Notes under the pieces: model-generated | What the model was told of the DNA's origin: nothing | Databases searched by the model: none | The model's input: the letters and a program-made list of their open reading frames with translations, nothing else | In this document: piece by piece, positions 24,119-36,817 of the stretch | How positions within the stretch are numbered: position 1 is the first letter of the stretch | Layout: every line of letters starts with the position of its first letter | Assembly (NCBI GenBank): GCA_038087875.1 | Contig: CM075987.1 | Location: forward strand, 26,724,001 to 26,788,000 | Direction: 5' to 3' | Source: Malacoraja senta | Taxonomy: Eukaryota | Length of the DNA stretch: 64,000 nucleotides | Translations under genes and position numbers: made by a program

Positions 24119-24458
24119 TGGGCCTGTCCCACTTACGCGACTTTTTCGGCCACTGCCGGCACCCGTCATAGGTCGTTGCAGGTCGGAGAAAATGTTCAAC
24201 ATGTTGAAAATCCAGCGGTGACCAGAAAGACGCCACGACTCTTTGGACGACTAGGAGACGACTCACGACCGTACGGGCGATACCCAGGCGACATGTCGCG
24301 GGGTGAAGCCTGTATGGTCGTGAGTAGTCGCCCAAAGAGTCGTACCTTGTCCTGATCGCCGCTGGATTTTCAACATGTTGAACATTTTCGGCGACCTGCA
24401 ACGACCCATGACGGGTGTCGGCAGTCGCTGAAAAAGTTGCGTAAGTGGGACAGGCCCA
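24119..24458. mobile_element. PIF/Harbinger-type MITE, second family, nearly palindromic
   Basis: TIR TGGGCCTGTCCCACTTACGC; perfect TTA TSD at 24116-24118 and 24459-24461; internal inverted repeats. Confidence 0.88.
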
Positions 24459-25463
24459 TTAGGCAGCATCTCTGTGGAAAAGGAATAGGTCACTGAAGAT
24501 AGACACAAAATGCTGGAGTAACTCAGCGGGACAGGCAGCATCTCTGGAGAGAAGGAATGGGTGACGTTTCGGGTCTAGTTTGGTTTAGTTTATTGTCACG
24601 TGTACAGAGGTACAGTGAAAAGCTTTTTGTTGCGTGCCAACCAGCCAGCGGAAAGACAATACATGATAACATGGGTAAGTGGGACGGGCCCGTTAGTTCT
24701 CGGTGGTCCCCCCACGCCGGGTCCTCCTTTGCTCTTGGCGGCATATCCGCCCTCCGGCCCCCCGCGTGGCCAGCCCTCGATCGCCTTCCCTCATCTTGAG
24801 CATCGTCTGCTTTCATCTGTCCTTTTCACACCTTACATTCTTTTAATTCCCTTCCACATCGCTAGCTTCCCTCTCCCCTGACTCTCTGTCTGAAGAAGGG
24901 TCTCGACCCGAAACGCCACCCTATCCTTCTCTCCAGAGACGCTGCCTGTCCCGCTGAGTTACTCCAGCATCTTGTGTCTACCTTCGTAAGTAAAATCTTG
25001 TTTAAACGATGACTAGAATGTGCAAATCACCAAACATCTGCAGATATCCCACACTCATGTGTCGTCCAAATTGCAACTACAGAGGCCGTCATTTAGCAAA
25101 TGCGCCCCGTAAGTTTAGTTATAAAAATGATTTTTACTGGAGTACGTCCAACATGTGCCTTTTGTATCCTTCAGCCATGCCCAGCTTTGTGTCGTATAAT
25201 GTTCCAATTAAACCTGAAGATGGATAAGAGAAAGATGAGCATTATGCTAATGCACGCAGTGAACCTCAGGATTTTAACGGCACAATATGCTAATCTGTGG
25301 AATAATTACAATGCCTGGCATAGGGGTGTAAGAGAAATGCTTTGATTAGCTAAACTGTTCGTGCAACATTTGAGTGCAGTAATTTTGAAACTGCCGCATC
25401 GGTCAGCAAAATCTTGCACAAAGCATGTTAGTCTCATCATGTTTGGACTGGTGTTGTTGATCA

Positions 25464-25900
25464 CCATCGAGTCACAGAGTGATACAGCGTGGAAACAGGT
25501 CCTTCGGCCCAACTTGCCCACACCGGCCAACGTGTCCCATCTACACTAGTCACACCTGACTGCATTTGGCCCATATCCCTCGAAACCTCTTCTATCCATG
25601 TACCTGTCGATAGAAGGTAGCAGCTCGTTCCATACACCCACCACCTTTTGAGTGAAAAAGTCACCCCTCAGCCCTAAACCAACACTATGCTACACACACC
25701 AGGGACAATTTACAATTGTGCCAAAGCCAATTAACCCACAAACCTGTACTTCTTTGGAGTGTGGGAGGAAACCGGATCACCCGGAGGAAACCCACGCAGG
25801 TCGCGGGGAGAACGTGCAAACAGCACCCGTAGTCAGGATCGAACCCGTATGTCGGGCGCTGGAAGGCAGCAACTCTACCGCTGCGCCACCGTGCCGCCCC
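25464..25900 (-). mobile_element. CR1 3' end (25464-25670) followed by V-SINE (25672-25900)
   Basis: Reverse matches to both consensus sequences seen elsewhere in the window. Confidence 0.8.
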
Positions 25901-25914
25901 TATGTGAATCTTTT

Positions 25915-26495
25915 AAAAATATTAATATAATATATACAGCACAGTAAAAACCAAAACAGAACCCAACACCATAATGCACGACATACGATGAACTGCTATA
26001 CAACTATGTTACACGCCTTGTCAAGGATGTATTCAACCCGACGCGATGCCCAGCGGTCCCGTACGTCCCCCAGAGTGCCCGTGGACAGCTCGTAGTCCCT
26101 CTCTAACACCACCCGGGCGCGGACGTAACCCCAGAAAAAGGGCAGGCAGCCGGCTCGGGCAACGCCCTCTTCCGCCTGGCACCGTGACTCGTGGATGGCC
26201 AGCTTGGCCAGCAGCAACCCACCCAGGACATCCTCGGCCCTACCCTCCCCCCCCCCCCCCCATGCACAGGGTGTCCAAAGATGAGGGCGGTGGGTGTGAA
26301 ATGCAGCCACAAGGCAAGGAGCAGCCTCTTTAGATAATGGAACAGGGGCTGCAGCCTCACACACTCCATACACACGTGGAACATAGACTCTTCCAGCCCG
26401 CAACAGTGGCAGGAGGCTGGTGAGTCTGTGAACTGCGAGAGAAACTGGTTGCAAGGGATTCCTCGGTGCAGTCCCCTCCACCCCAGGTCCCCGAC
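25915..26495 (-). mobile_element. Tx1/L1-clade LINE 3' fragment (C-terminal zinc knuckle)
   Basis: DLGWRGLH..CHCCGLEESMFHVCMECVRL in ORF 26103..26540; LAKLAIHESR in ORF 25996..26481. Confidence 0.7.
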
Positions 26496-27301
26496 GCCTC
26501 TGTGACCCTTTGGTTGTCTCAATAATCTATCATTCCCCAAGATTTACTCCTGGTTTGACTAACGTCCGTTCTCCAGATGGTGTGTAGACTGTGCTGGACA
26601 AAGTCTGGACGGAACAGCTCGATGAGATCAAATAACACAAAGTGCTTCCTTGGTCAAACATTCATCATATGATCTCACTAAAGTGCCCCAAAAGAATAAT
26701 TTGTTTCCTTTAAGGAACGGTGTGTTATTTGATGGTTCATTGGTCTCAAGAATCAAAAAAATGTCTCTAAGTGATTGATGTCAATTGGGAGAAAATGAGT
26801 TGTTCCCAGAGCGAGAAAAAAATTAAAATTGGATAATAAAGCAATGAGTCAGAGATTGTCTGTGTCGCTGATGGAGTGAAGAAAGATCATTACTTGGTTG
26901 AAGTAAGTTCACAGACTGTTCTGATAGCTTTGCTGTTTGCCTTTGTGCCTGCCAGACTCTCCGCCAGACTAATGGATTTCGTTGATCAAAAAGAAATGAC
27001 CTGGAATTTTAAATATTCAGTCTTTCTTTCTGAAATGTTAATGGTTTGGGAGCATTGTACTAAACGTTATTCCCTTACCATGGATCTATGCACTGTGAAT
27101 GGCCCGATTGTAATCACGTATTGTCTTTCCGCTGACTGGACAGCAGGCAACAAAAGATTTTTCACTCTGCCTCGGTACACGTGACAATAAACTAAACTGA
27201 ACTCCACCCAAGATCCGCAAGAAATGGCAGAGAATTGTGGACGTAGACACAAGTGTTGACCGTCACACAAACCAACCTTCCTTACAAACGATTCCATTTA
27301 A

Positions 27302-27642
27302 GGGCGGCACGATGGCGCAGCGGTAGAGTTGCTGCCTTACAGCACCAGAGTCCCGGGTTCAATCCCGACCACGGGTGCTGTCTGTATGGAGTTTGTACGT
27401 TCTCCCCAGAACCTGCACGGATTTTCTCCGGGTGCTCCGGTTTCTTCCAACACTCCAAAGACGTACAGGGTTGTAGGTTAATTGGCTTTGGTTAAATTGT
27501 ACATTTTTCTTGGCGTGTAGGGGGATTGTGTTATTGCGCGGGAAATGGTCGGCGCGGACTCGGTGGGCTGAAGGGCCTGTTTCCGCGCTGTATCTCTACA
27601 CTAAACCAAACCAAACCAAACTAAACTAAACTAAACTAAACT
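27302..27642 (+). mobile_element. Full-length V-SINE
   Basis: Head, central domain and (CCAAA/CTAAA)n tail. Confidence 0.9.
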
Positions 27643-27654
27643 ATGTCAAAACAT

Positions 27655-27918
27655 GGACTGCCTAAGAAAGAACTGCAGATGCTGGAAAAATCGAAGGTAG
27701 ACAAAAATGCTGGAGAAACTCAGCGGGTGAGGCAGCTGTCTCCGCCTCTTCCTTTCTTCCCCCCCCCCCCCCCCCGCCGACATCAGTCTGAAGAAGGGTC
27801 TCAACCCGAAACGTCACCCATTCCTTCTCTCCAGAGATGCTGTCTGACCCGCCGAGTTACTCCAGCAATTTTTGTCTATCTTCGGTGTAAACCGACATCT
27901 GTAGTTCCTTCCTACACT
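27655..27918. mobile_element. PLE-derived fold-back with hammerhead core at 27788-27815 (+)
   Basis: Inverted PLE-end arms; CTGAAGAAGGGTCTCAACCCGAAACGTC. Confidence 0.7.
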
Positions 27919-28180
27919 GATGCCCTAGTGCTGGAAGTCATTGCCTGCGCACACAGAGTACTTGAAACATTCTTCACACATAGCGGGTAGCTGATTGTAT
28001 TTTACACAATCCAGTGCGTTGCTTACAAAGCATGGCCCTAAAGGACAGGGCTCCTCTGCGTCTCAATCTCTTTGTATTTGCCTTTAATCTTCACAAAATG
28101 AAATGGTCCTTTTCCTTTGCTCAGTCCCCGGCACAGAATATGCAGCAAATATGTTTTTTTAAATCATATCATAACCTCTT

Positions 28181-28540
28181 GTGTTTAAAGAAGAACTGCA
28201 GATGCTGGAAAAATCAAAGGTAGACAAAAATGCTGGAGAAACTCAGCGGGTGAGGCAGCATCTATGGAGCGAAGGAAATAGGCAACGTTTCGGGCCGAAA
28301 CCCGAGGGTTTCGGCCCAAAACGTTGCCTATTTCCTAACCCTAACCCTAACCCAAGGGTTTCTGCCCAAAACGTTGCCTGTTTCCTAACCCTAACCCTAA
28401 CCCAAGGGTTTCTGCCCAAAACGTTGCCTATTTCCTAACCCTAACCCTAACCCAAGGGTTTCGGCCCAAAACGTTGCCTATTTCCTTCGCTCCATAGATG
28501 CTGCCTCACCCGCTGAGTTTCTCCAGCATTTTCGTCTACC
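28181..28540. mobile_element. PLE-derived fold-back with three 50-bp units containing (CCCTAA)n
   Basis: Inverted arms; the unit TTTCCTAACCCTAACCCTAACCCAAGGGTTTC..AAAACGTTGCCT starts at 28331, 28381 and 28431. Confidence 0.8.
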
Positions 28541-29474
28541 ACAGCTAACAACAGCCTGTTTCCTTCATCATCATTACCTTTTTTGCATATCTTTCATTCA
28601 TTGTTCTATGTCTCTCGTTTCCCTTTCCCCTGACTCTCCGTCTGAAGAGGGGTCTCGACCCGAAACTTCACCTATTCCTTCTCTCCTGAGAAGCCCTCTG
28701 ACCCGCTGGGTTACTCCAGCGTTTTGTGTCTATCAACTGAAATTATGAACTTTGTACGTGGCTTCCAGATATTTCAAGACGGATTGTCTTTGATCATTGT
28801 ATGTGGCTGTGTTGACTTGACACTCTTTTAGGAATGCAGATAAATGGGAGAAGCAATGTGTTTTCTCCATTGCAATGGTATAATGACACTGTACAAGCAA
28901 GGATCTGGCTATGTATTTCATTCCAGATTTACAATCTCACCTTCATAACCTCTTAAATGTGGTACCAATTGCACCGTACCATGAGTGAATTTCTAGTGGA
29001 TTACTGCTAAACTGAGCTGTAAGTTGCACTTGTGGTAACGCATGTCAAACGTCTAACAATTATTTGAGGTTCCATCGCAAGATTGCAAAGTGTTCAGATT
29101 GGTACTGGTCCATGTAAACCAACACTTGTCGGCACATACATGTAGCCTTAACCTACACCGTGAAATGCCACCCTACTACTTACATCATCTCATCGAGCTT
29201 CAAGCTGACAGTTCAGTGTAAAAGCAGCTGTTCTGAACCCTAAATACTTTATAATTATTTTATTTATGTAATTCTTTATTTCGAACAGAAAAAAAGAATA
29301 AAAAGCAAGTGTGAAACAGCATTCAAAAAAACAAAACAAGAATATTTATAAAGTGTCATAAACAATATCTGTAAATAAATGAAATCGTATGTGTCCGAAA
29401 AGGAGCAGGAAGAAGCCAAAGCTTATTAATTCCCACCCCTTATTCAACCGCTTATAATTATCTTATACAAATTT

Positions 29475-29550
29475 AGCAGCTACATGTACACCATATGTAC
29501 ACCAGCAGCTATATGTACACCATATGTACACCAGCAGCTATATGTACACC
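29475..29550. repeat. 29-bp minisatellite (about 2.6 copies) in an AT-rich stretch
   Basis: AGCAGCTA(C/T)ATGTACACCATATGTACACC at 29475 and 29504, partial third copy at 29533. Confidence 0.85.
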
Positions 29551-29984
29551 AAATTATTTACATTTATACACTAATCAAATATTTACAAAGCCATACAAAA
29601 AAAAGAGAGAAAAAAATAAAAAATAAAATAAAAATAAAAAACTTTGTTCAAAAGGACAAAGGTTACTGTAGTGGGAATGTGATTTGCAAACGCACACCTC
29701 CAGATTCAGGGACAGTTTCTTCCCAGCTGTTATCAGGCAACTGAACCATCCTACCACAACCAGAGAGCAGTGCTGAACTACTATCTACCTCATTGGTGAC
29801 CCTTGAACCCATCCCTTCGCTCCATAGATGCTGCCTCGCCCGCTGAGTTTCTCCAGCATTTTCGTCAACCTTCGATTTTTCCAGTATCTGCAGTTCTGTC
29901 TTAAACACTTTCAGTTCCTCCCCAATCTACTTTCAGTCTGAAAAAGGGTTCCGACCCAAAACGTCACCCATCCATTTTCCCCAG

Positions 29985-30361
29985 AGTGGACGTGGATAAG
30001 CTTTTCCCATTGAGAGTAGGGAAGATTCAAACAAGGGGACATGACTTGAGAATTAAGGGACAGAAGTTTAGGGGGAACATTAGGGGGAACTTCTTTACTC
30101 AGAGAGTGGTAGCTGTGTGGAATGAGCTTCCAGTGGAAGTGGTGGAGGCAGGTTCGATGTTATCCTTTAAAAATAGATTGGATGGGTATATGGACGGGAA
30201 AGGAATGGAGGGTTATGGTCTGAGTGCAGGTAGATGGGACTAGGGGGAGGTGTTTATTTTTAATTAAAAAAAAAAAATTAAAAAAATGTTCGGCACGGAC
30301 TTGAAGGGCCGAGATGGCCTGTTTCCGTGCTGTTATGGTTATATGGTTATATGGTTATATG
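29985..30361 (+). mobile_element. CR1 3' end, (TATGGTTA)n tail subfamily, inserted in a PLE end
   Basis: ORF 29986..30243 (TRGHDLRIKG..FFTQRVVAVWNELP); the PLE motif CCAGAG|ATGCTGCCTGAC is split around it. Confidence 0.85.
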
Positions 30362-30647
30362 CTGCCTGACCCTGTGACTTACTCCAGTACTTTGTGTCTA
30401 TCTAAAAAAATATTCAGCTAAACTATAGTAGCCAGCAGTCCGAAGAAGGATCCTGATCTGAAATGTCATCTAGGCTCATCCTCCCCACCCCCCCCACACC
30501 GCCCCCCCCCCCCCACCTCCCCTGCCCCCCCCCCCCCCCCGCCCCACCACCTCCCCTGCTCTCCACCTAACGTGCAACACTTAATCATTTTCACCTACAA
30601 CACTTTTTCATCGTTGGCTCACACTTAGCCTGGCATTTAACACCATT

Positions 30648-30952
30648 TGGGCGGCACGGTGGTGCAGCGGTAGAGTGGCTGCCTCACAGCGCCAGAGACC
30701 CGGGTTCGGTCCTGACTACGGGTGCTGTCTGTACGGAGTTTGTACGCTCTCCCAGTGAACGTTGCCCCTGGTGCTCCAGGTTCCCTCCCACACTCCAAAG
30801 AGGCACAGGTTTGTAGGTTAATTGGCTTGGTATCAATGTAAAATTGTCCCCAGTGTGTGTAGGGCAATGTTGATGTATGGGAATGGCAGGTCGGCGCGGA
30901 CTCGGTGGCCCGAAGGGCCGGCTTCCGCGCTGTATCTCTGAACTAAACTAAA
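30648..30952 (+). mobile_element. V-SINE
   Basis: Consensus match from head to tail. Confidence 0.88.
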
Positions 30953-31334
30953 TTTAACAACCTACAAAAACAGTGCATCTTCAATAACAATGTGTGCGAG
31001 AATAGCAAAAGTAGCGTCATACATCACTGCTGCACATTACCAAGGTTTATCTGAAGTAGTTAGGACTGATGTCTAAGGCTGTAACAGCTTTCCTGATCAA
31101 TTATCAGTAGGTTGATCGGTAGGTTTACGAAACGTGCCACTATTGCACCTTTTCTACTGACATTTTCAATGTAAACTTTACCGCTTTTCCAAATGTTCCA
31201 AACGTCAAGAGCAAAATCAATGCCAAGATGCATTGTGCCCTTCAACTGTGTTTTAGGAAGATTGGTTTTCCGCACAGATTATTGATCCCAAGTTTTAAAT
31301 TGTAACTAGAAGATATTCGCATTGTTCTTACAAG

Positions 31335-31700
31335 TTCATAACTTTTAAGTGATAGGAGCAGAATTAGGCCATTCGGCCCATCAAGTCTACTCCGCCATTC
31401 AATCATGGCTGATCTATCTCACCCTCTCAACCCCAACCTCCTACCTTCTCCCCATTATTCCTGATACCCGTGCTAATCAAGAATCTATTCATCTCTGCCT
31501 TACAAACGTCCTTGACTTGGCCTCCACAGGCAATGAATCTCACAGATTCACCACCATCTGACTGAAGAAATTCCTCCTCATTTCCCGAAAGACGACCTTT
31601 TATTCTGAGGCTATGGCCTCTGGTCCTAGACTCTCCCACTAGTGGCCTTTCACTATTCGGTAAGATTCAATGAGGTTCCCCTCGTCCTTCTAAATTCTTG
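31335..31700 (-). mobile_element. CR1 3' end
   Basis: ORF 31427..31639 begins GESRTRGHSLRIKG. Confidence 0.8.
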
Positions 31701-31799
31701 TACATTGGTTTATCTTTCTTAATATCAACTTAGTATTTTTCACTGGGGTTTGCAAAACCTTCTGTTGTTGCAACAGGACAAGGAAAAACATATGAGTCA

Positions 31800-32278
31800 G
31801 TCATAGTCATAGAGTGATACTGCGTGGAAACAGGCCCTTCGGCCCAACTTGGCCACACCTACCATCATGCCCCATCTACACTGGTTCCACCTGCCTATAT
31901 TTGACCCACATCGCTCTAAACATGTCCTACCTTCATCGGCGCCCCTTATATTGTGACACTTTGCATACCTTGTGTATGGTTTGCAAATTAAAGAATTTCA
32001 CTGTGACATCTCACATGTGACAATAAAGTACTGATCCATCAATCTATCTGTCCATGTACCTGTCTAACTGTTTCTTAAACGTTGCGATAGTCCCAGCCTC
32101 AACAACCTCCTCTGGCAGCTCCTTCCATACACCCACCACCCTTTGTGTGAAAAAGTTACCCCTCGGATTCCTATAAAATCTTTCCCCCTTCACCTTAAAC
32201 CCATGTCCTCTGGTTCTCGATTACCCTACTCTGGGCAAGAGAACCTGTGCGTCCACCCGATCTATTCCTCTCATGATT
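31800..32278 (-). mobile_element. CR1 (HER1-like) 3' end with a short Rex1-tail insertion (about 31935-32045)
   Basis: Reverse match to 14880-15215. Confidence 0.8.
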
Positions 32279-33048
32279 TAGTTTAGTTTAGAGATACAGC
32301 ACGGAAACAGGCCCTTCGGCCCATCAAGTCCACGCCAACCAGTGATCACCCCGTACACTAACACTATTCCACACATTTGGGGCTATTTACAATTTTATTG
32401 TAGCCAATTACCGTAACTTATAAACCTGCACATCTTTGGAGTGTGGGAAGAAACCGGAGCACCCAGAGAAAACCTACACGTCACAGGGAGAATGGGTTAG
32501 TGCGGGTTATGGGGTTATGGGGAGAAGGCAAGAGAATGGGGTTGGGAGGGAAAGATACATCAGCCATGATCGAATGGCGGAGTAGACTTGATGGGCCGAA
32601 TGGCCTAATTCTGCTCCTATCATTTATGAACTTATGGTCGTCCAAACTCCGTACAGACAAGCACCCTTGGTAAGGATCTAACGCGGGTCTCTGGTGCTGT
32701 AATGCAGCAAATCACCGTGGGCCAGAGGTAGAGTTGCTGCCTTACAGCCCTTGCAGCGCCTGAGACCCGGGTTCGATCCCGACTATGGGTGCCGTCTGTA
32801 CAGAGTTTGTAAATTCTCACCGTGACCTGTGTGGGTTTCCTCCAAGATCTTTGGTTTCCTCCCACACTCCAAAGAATCACAGGTTTGTAGGTTAATTGGC
32901 TTGGTCTGTGTGTAAGTTGTCCCTAGTGTGTGTGGGACGGCGTTAATGTGCGGGGATCGCTGGTCGGCGTGGACTCGGTGGGCCGAAGGGCCTGTTTCCG
33001 CGCTGTATCTCTAAACTAAACTAAACTAGACTCGACCGCCGTGCCACT
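32277..33048. mobile_element. Nested cluster: reverse V-SINE interrupted by a CR1 tail (about 32500-32637) and by a forward V-SINE (32716-33030)
   Basis: The reverse SINE resumes after each insertion (..GCAGCAA | CTCGACCGCCGTGCCAC). Confidence 0.75.
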
Positions 33049-33735
33049 TGGCTTGGCACAGATTCTCTTCCTTGAACGATGAGAAGCGTCAAGGATGCCT
33101 GAAGCATGCCAGTGCATCATAGTCAACCAAGCTTATGCTCCCCGCAGCACTTCCATAAATAACCAGTGCAAAAGATGACAGCTGATTAGCAGAGAGCAGT
33201 TTCCCTCGGAGAAAAATAGCAAGCAAAGTTGACTTCATGGTCAATGCAATTGATTTGATCTTGTCATGGGTGGAATCTATACCTCGGTCACATTCGACGA
33301 TTGTCCTACAGTCATCATGTGAATGCTTGCTATTGACTTTCATTCTCCCTGGTGTCAAATCAACAAACTAAAAAAATGATTAGCCGTTGAAAAAATTGTC
33401 TCCTTGGATCTATCACTTTATCATATGAGCGGTGTACTGGTGATGTGAATATTAAGTGGCGCGGGGTAGAGTTGCTGCCTTACAGCGCAAGAGACCCGGG
33501 TTCGATCCTGACTACGGGTGCTGTCTGTACATACTAGTTCATACAATTCATGAACTTATCCTGTTTCTGTACACTGTGGACGCCTCGATTGTAATCATTT
33601 ATAGTCTTTGCACTGACTAATTAGCACTCAACAAAAGCGTTTCACTGTGATAATAAACCAAAATAAACTAAAGATGAAAAAAACAAATCAGTGTAGGAAG
33701 GAACTGCAGATGCTGGTTTAAATCAGAGATAGATC

Positions 33736-33871
33736 TGGGGTGGGAGATTGCAACCTTCACGTGGCCCGCCCTGTTTCGACGGATGCAATCAACCCGGCGT
33801 AGACAATCAAACAAGATCAATAGAACAAGTTGTCCTACAACTTTAGGCTGTGCACGCCATACGCAAGAAGA
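33736..33871 (+). mobile_element. About 135-bp short retroposon with (AAG)n tail
   Basis: Near-identical to 60772-60914. Confidence 0.7.
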
Positions 33872-34212
33872 AACATAGAAACATAGAAAATAGGTGCAAG
33901 AGGAGGCCATTCGGCCCTTCGAGCCAGCACCGCCATTCATTGTGATCATGGCTGATCATCCCCTATCAATAACCCATGCCTGCCTTCTCCCCATATCCCT
34001 TGATTCCACTAGCCCCTAGAGCTCTATCTAACTCTCTCTTAAATCCATCCAGTGATTTGTCCTCCACTGCCCTCTGTGGCAGGGAATTCCATAAATTCAC
34101 AACTCTCTGGGTGAAAACCTTTTTTCTCACCTCAGTCTTAAATGACCTCCCCTTTATTCTAAGACTGTGGCCCCTGGTTCTGGACTCGCCCAACATTGGG
34201 AACATTTTTCCT
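33869..34212 (-). mobile_element. CR1 3' end
   Basis: ORF 33966..34271 (SRTRGHSLRIKG..TQRVVNLWNSLP); (TATGTTTC)n tail. Confidence 0.88.
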
Positions 34213-35039
34213 GAAGAAGAAAAGATAGATATAAAATGGTGGAATAACTCAGTGGGACAGACGGCAGGCATCTCTGGAGAAAAGGAATGGGTGACATTTC
34301 GGGTCGAGACCCTTCTTGAGTCTGAAGAATGAATGAATTAATAGGTTTATAGGCCAAGTATTCACATACAAGGAATTTGCCTTGGTGCTCCGCCCGCAAA
34401 TAGCAACATGACATACAGTAACAGTTAGGAATGACACATAAAACATTAATGACCCACAAGAAGGGTCTCGACCCATTCCTCCTCTCCACAGGGATGCATC
34501 CTGTCCAGCTGAGTTATGCCAGCATTTTGTGTTTAACTTTGAACCCAGGTCAAAGGAATCGTGACATCAATGGGTTGAAGCCACAATGAGATCTGGAGCC
34601 CAGTTGTCTTGGCAGAACCCAGATGTGAGATGTGAGTAAGTATCACACACTGACACTGTTGCCAACCTCGTCTATCACGTTGATGAAGCTGAAAGGCAGG
34701 ATGAACGGAGATAATTAGTTGTGTCGGATGGGCCTGTTTATTTCCTCTCTGGACAATTTTCCAATGGTGGGCAATCTTTCATGTTCTTTAATAGGAGCCA
34801 GACGTGTGACATTAATGGCCCAGCTTGTCTAGAGTTGTGGCCGGCTCCACAACATGCTTCTTCACAACTACAGCTCAGTTCAGTTCAGTTTATTGTCACA
34901 TGTACCGAGGTACAGTGAGAGGCTTTTGTTGCGTGCTAGACAGTCAGCGGGAAGACAACACATCATTTAGTTGGCTCCAACCCAAAGCTTCCTTTGACTC
35001 CTGCAATGGAATTCTGGGGTACAGTTGACAGGCCGAATG

Positions 35040-35617
35040 TTCATAAGTTATAGGAGCAGAATTAGGCCATTCGGCCCCATCAAGTCTACTCCACCATTCA
35101 TTCATGGCTGATCTATCTCTCCCTCTCAATACATTCTCCTGCCTTCTCCCCATAATCCCTGACACCCGCACTAATCAAGAATCTATCTATCTCTGCCTTA
35201 AAAATCTCCTTTTGTTTGTTTCTTCTCTTTTTCTCTTTCTTTCCTTATTTCATCTATCTTTTTAGTTCTATTTAGTTTTAAAATATTTTTTTTAAAGTAT
35301 TGGAGACATTGTAATAATAATGGACGATATTAGTAATTTAAAAATGTAAGACTGGTATCGATTTTAATATGATATGTATTTACCTCCAATAAAAAATAAT
35401 TTCCAAAAAAAAAAAAAAAAAAAAAAAACCTCCATTGACGGCCTCCAGAGTCTTTTGTGGCAATGAATTCTCCACCCCCTGACTAAAGAAATTCCACCTC
35501 ATCTCCTTCCTAAAAGTACGTCCTTTTATTCTGACCTCTGTTCCTGAACTCTCCCACTAGTGGAAAAATCGTCTCAAAGTCGTCCACCCTATCCAGGCCT
35601 TTCACTATTTGGCAAGT
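35040..35617 (-). mobile_element. CR1 3' end interrupted by a poly(A) retroposon
   Basis: Same subfamily as 31335 and 48070. Confidence 0.75.
35209..35428 (+). mobile_element. AT-rich poly(A)-tailed retroposon 3' end (L1/Tx1-like)
   Basis: AATAAA followed by a long A run; AAAA(T/C)CTCC duplicated at the flanks. Confidence 0.6.
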
Positions 35618-35639
35618 ATAGTTCCGACACTTGACATAC

Positions 35640-35915
35640 AGTGGAGCAGTGGTAGAGTTGCCACTCTACAGCTCCAGTGGCCTTAGTTCAATCCTGACTA
35701 CGGGTGCTGTCTGTATGGAGTTTGTACGTTCTCCCCGTGACCTGCGTGGGTTTTCTCTGAGTTCTTCGGTTTCCTCCCACACTCCAAAGACGTGCAGCTG
35801 TGTAGGTTAATTGGCTTTGGTAAAAATTGTAAATTGTCCCCAGTGTGTGTAGGATAGTGTTAGCTGGTCGGCGCGGACCCGGTGGGCCGAGCGGCCTGTC
35901 TCCGCGCTGTATCTC
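35640..35915 (+). mobile_element. V-SINE
   Basis: Consensus match. Confidence 0.85.
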
Positions 35916-36817
35916 AAGAATGTAACTTTGATTTCCCTGATAACATAACTTTGGTCTTTATTCTTGTGGGGAAGGGTTCTGTTATTATTTTCTCATTGAG
36001 ATAGCATTTGATGAGTGCTGGTTGCCATTAGCCTAATAATATACCATGGGCCTAATGGGATCCCTCAGATATGCAGTAAAGATCTGAATGACGATCAGAA
36101 TAAGTAACATAATCCCCTGTGTCCTAATTATCGTTCAACCAGCATGACAAAATATATTAGCTAGACACAATCATTTTGCTGTTCATTGCAACTAGCTGTC
36201 CTCCTTTTTATATTTATAGCTTCAAGTTTTCAATTGTTACTTTAACTTCAGATGTATTTTTTTAGTTTCATTGAGTCGGGATAGAGTTTTGTAGAGTCAT
36301 CGAGTGACACAGCATGGAAACAGGCCCTTCTGCCCAACTTGTCCACACAGGCCAACATGTCCCAGCTACACAAGTCCCACCTGCCTGCATTTGCCCCATA
36401 TCCCTCTAAACCTGTCCTATCCATGTACCTGTCTAACTGTTTCTTAAAAATTGGGATAGTCCCTGCTTCAACTACATCCTTTGGCAGCTTGTTCCATACA
36501 GCTCCTAGTATGTTTCAATTAGTACTTGGCAATTTCACCTATTTCAAGGGAAACTTCATTGATAAAATCCACCAGGTTTTGGTCTCTTTCCTGGGCAACC
36601 TAAATGGACCTTGGTAAAGATAGCAGACTGCACACGTTCAAAGTCAGATGAATGTATTCAATCTTACCAAGTACAAACAGAAAATGCTCTTGTTGCTCAG
36701 AGGGTCAGGCAGCACCCGTGGAGAAAATATCAGCTTTAATTTTGTAAATGAAAACTCACATCCTCTGTAAGTGGAAAATAATGTTATGCTTTGCAGAGAA
36801 GGAGAATAAGGGAGAAG

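Noticed and set aside
28334..28453. True telomere or chromosome-fusion site
   Set aside because: Only about 3 hexamers per unit, in one orientation, embedded in a PLE fold-back; kept as a finding in that context only
33089..33358. 89-aa ORF in unique sequence
   Set aside because: No recognisable domain or clear splice signals; the length is within chance expectation
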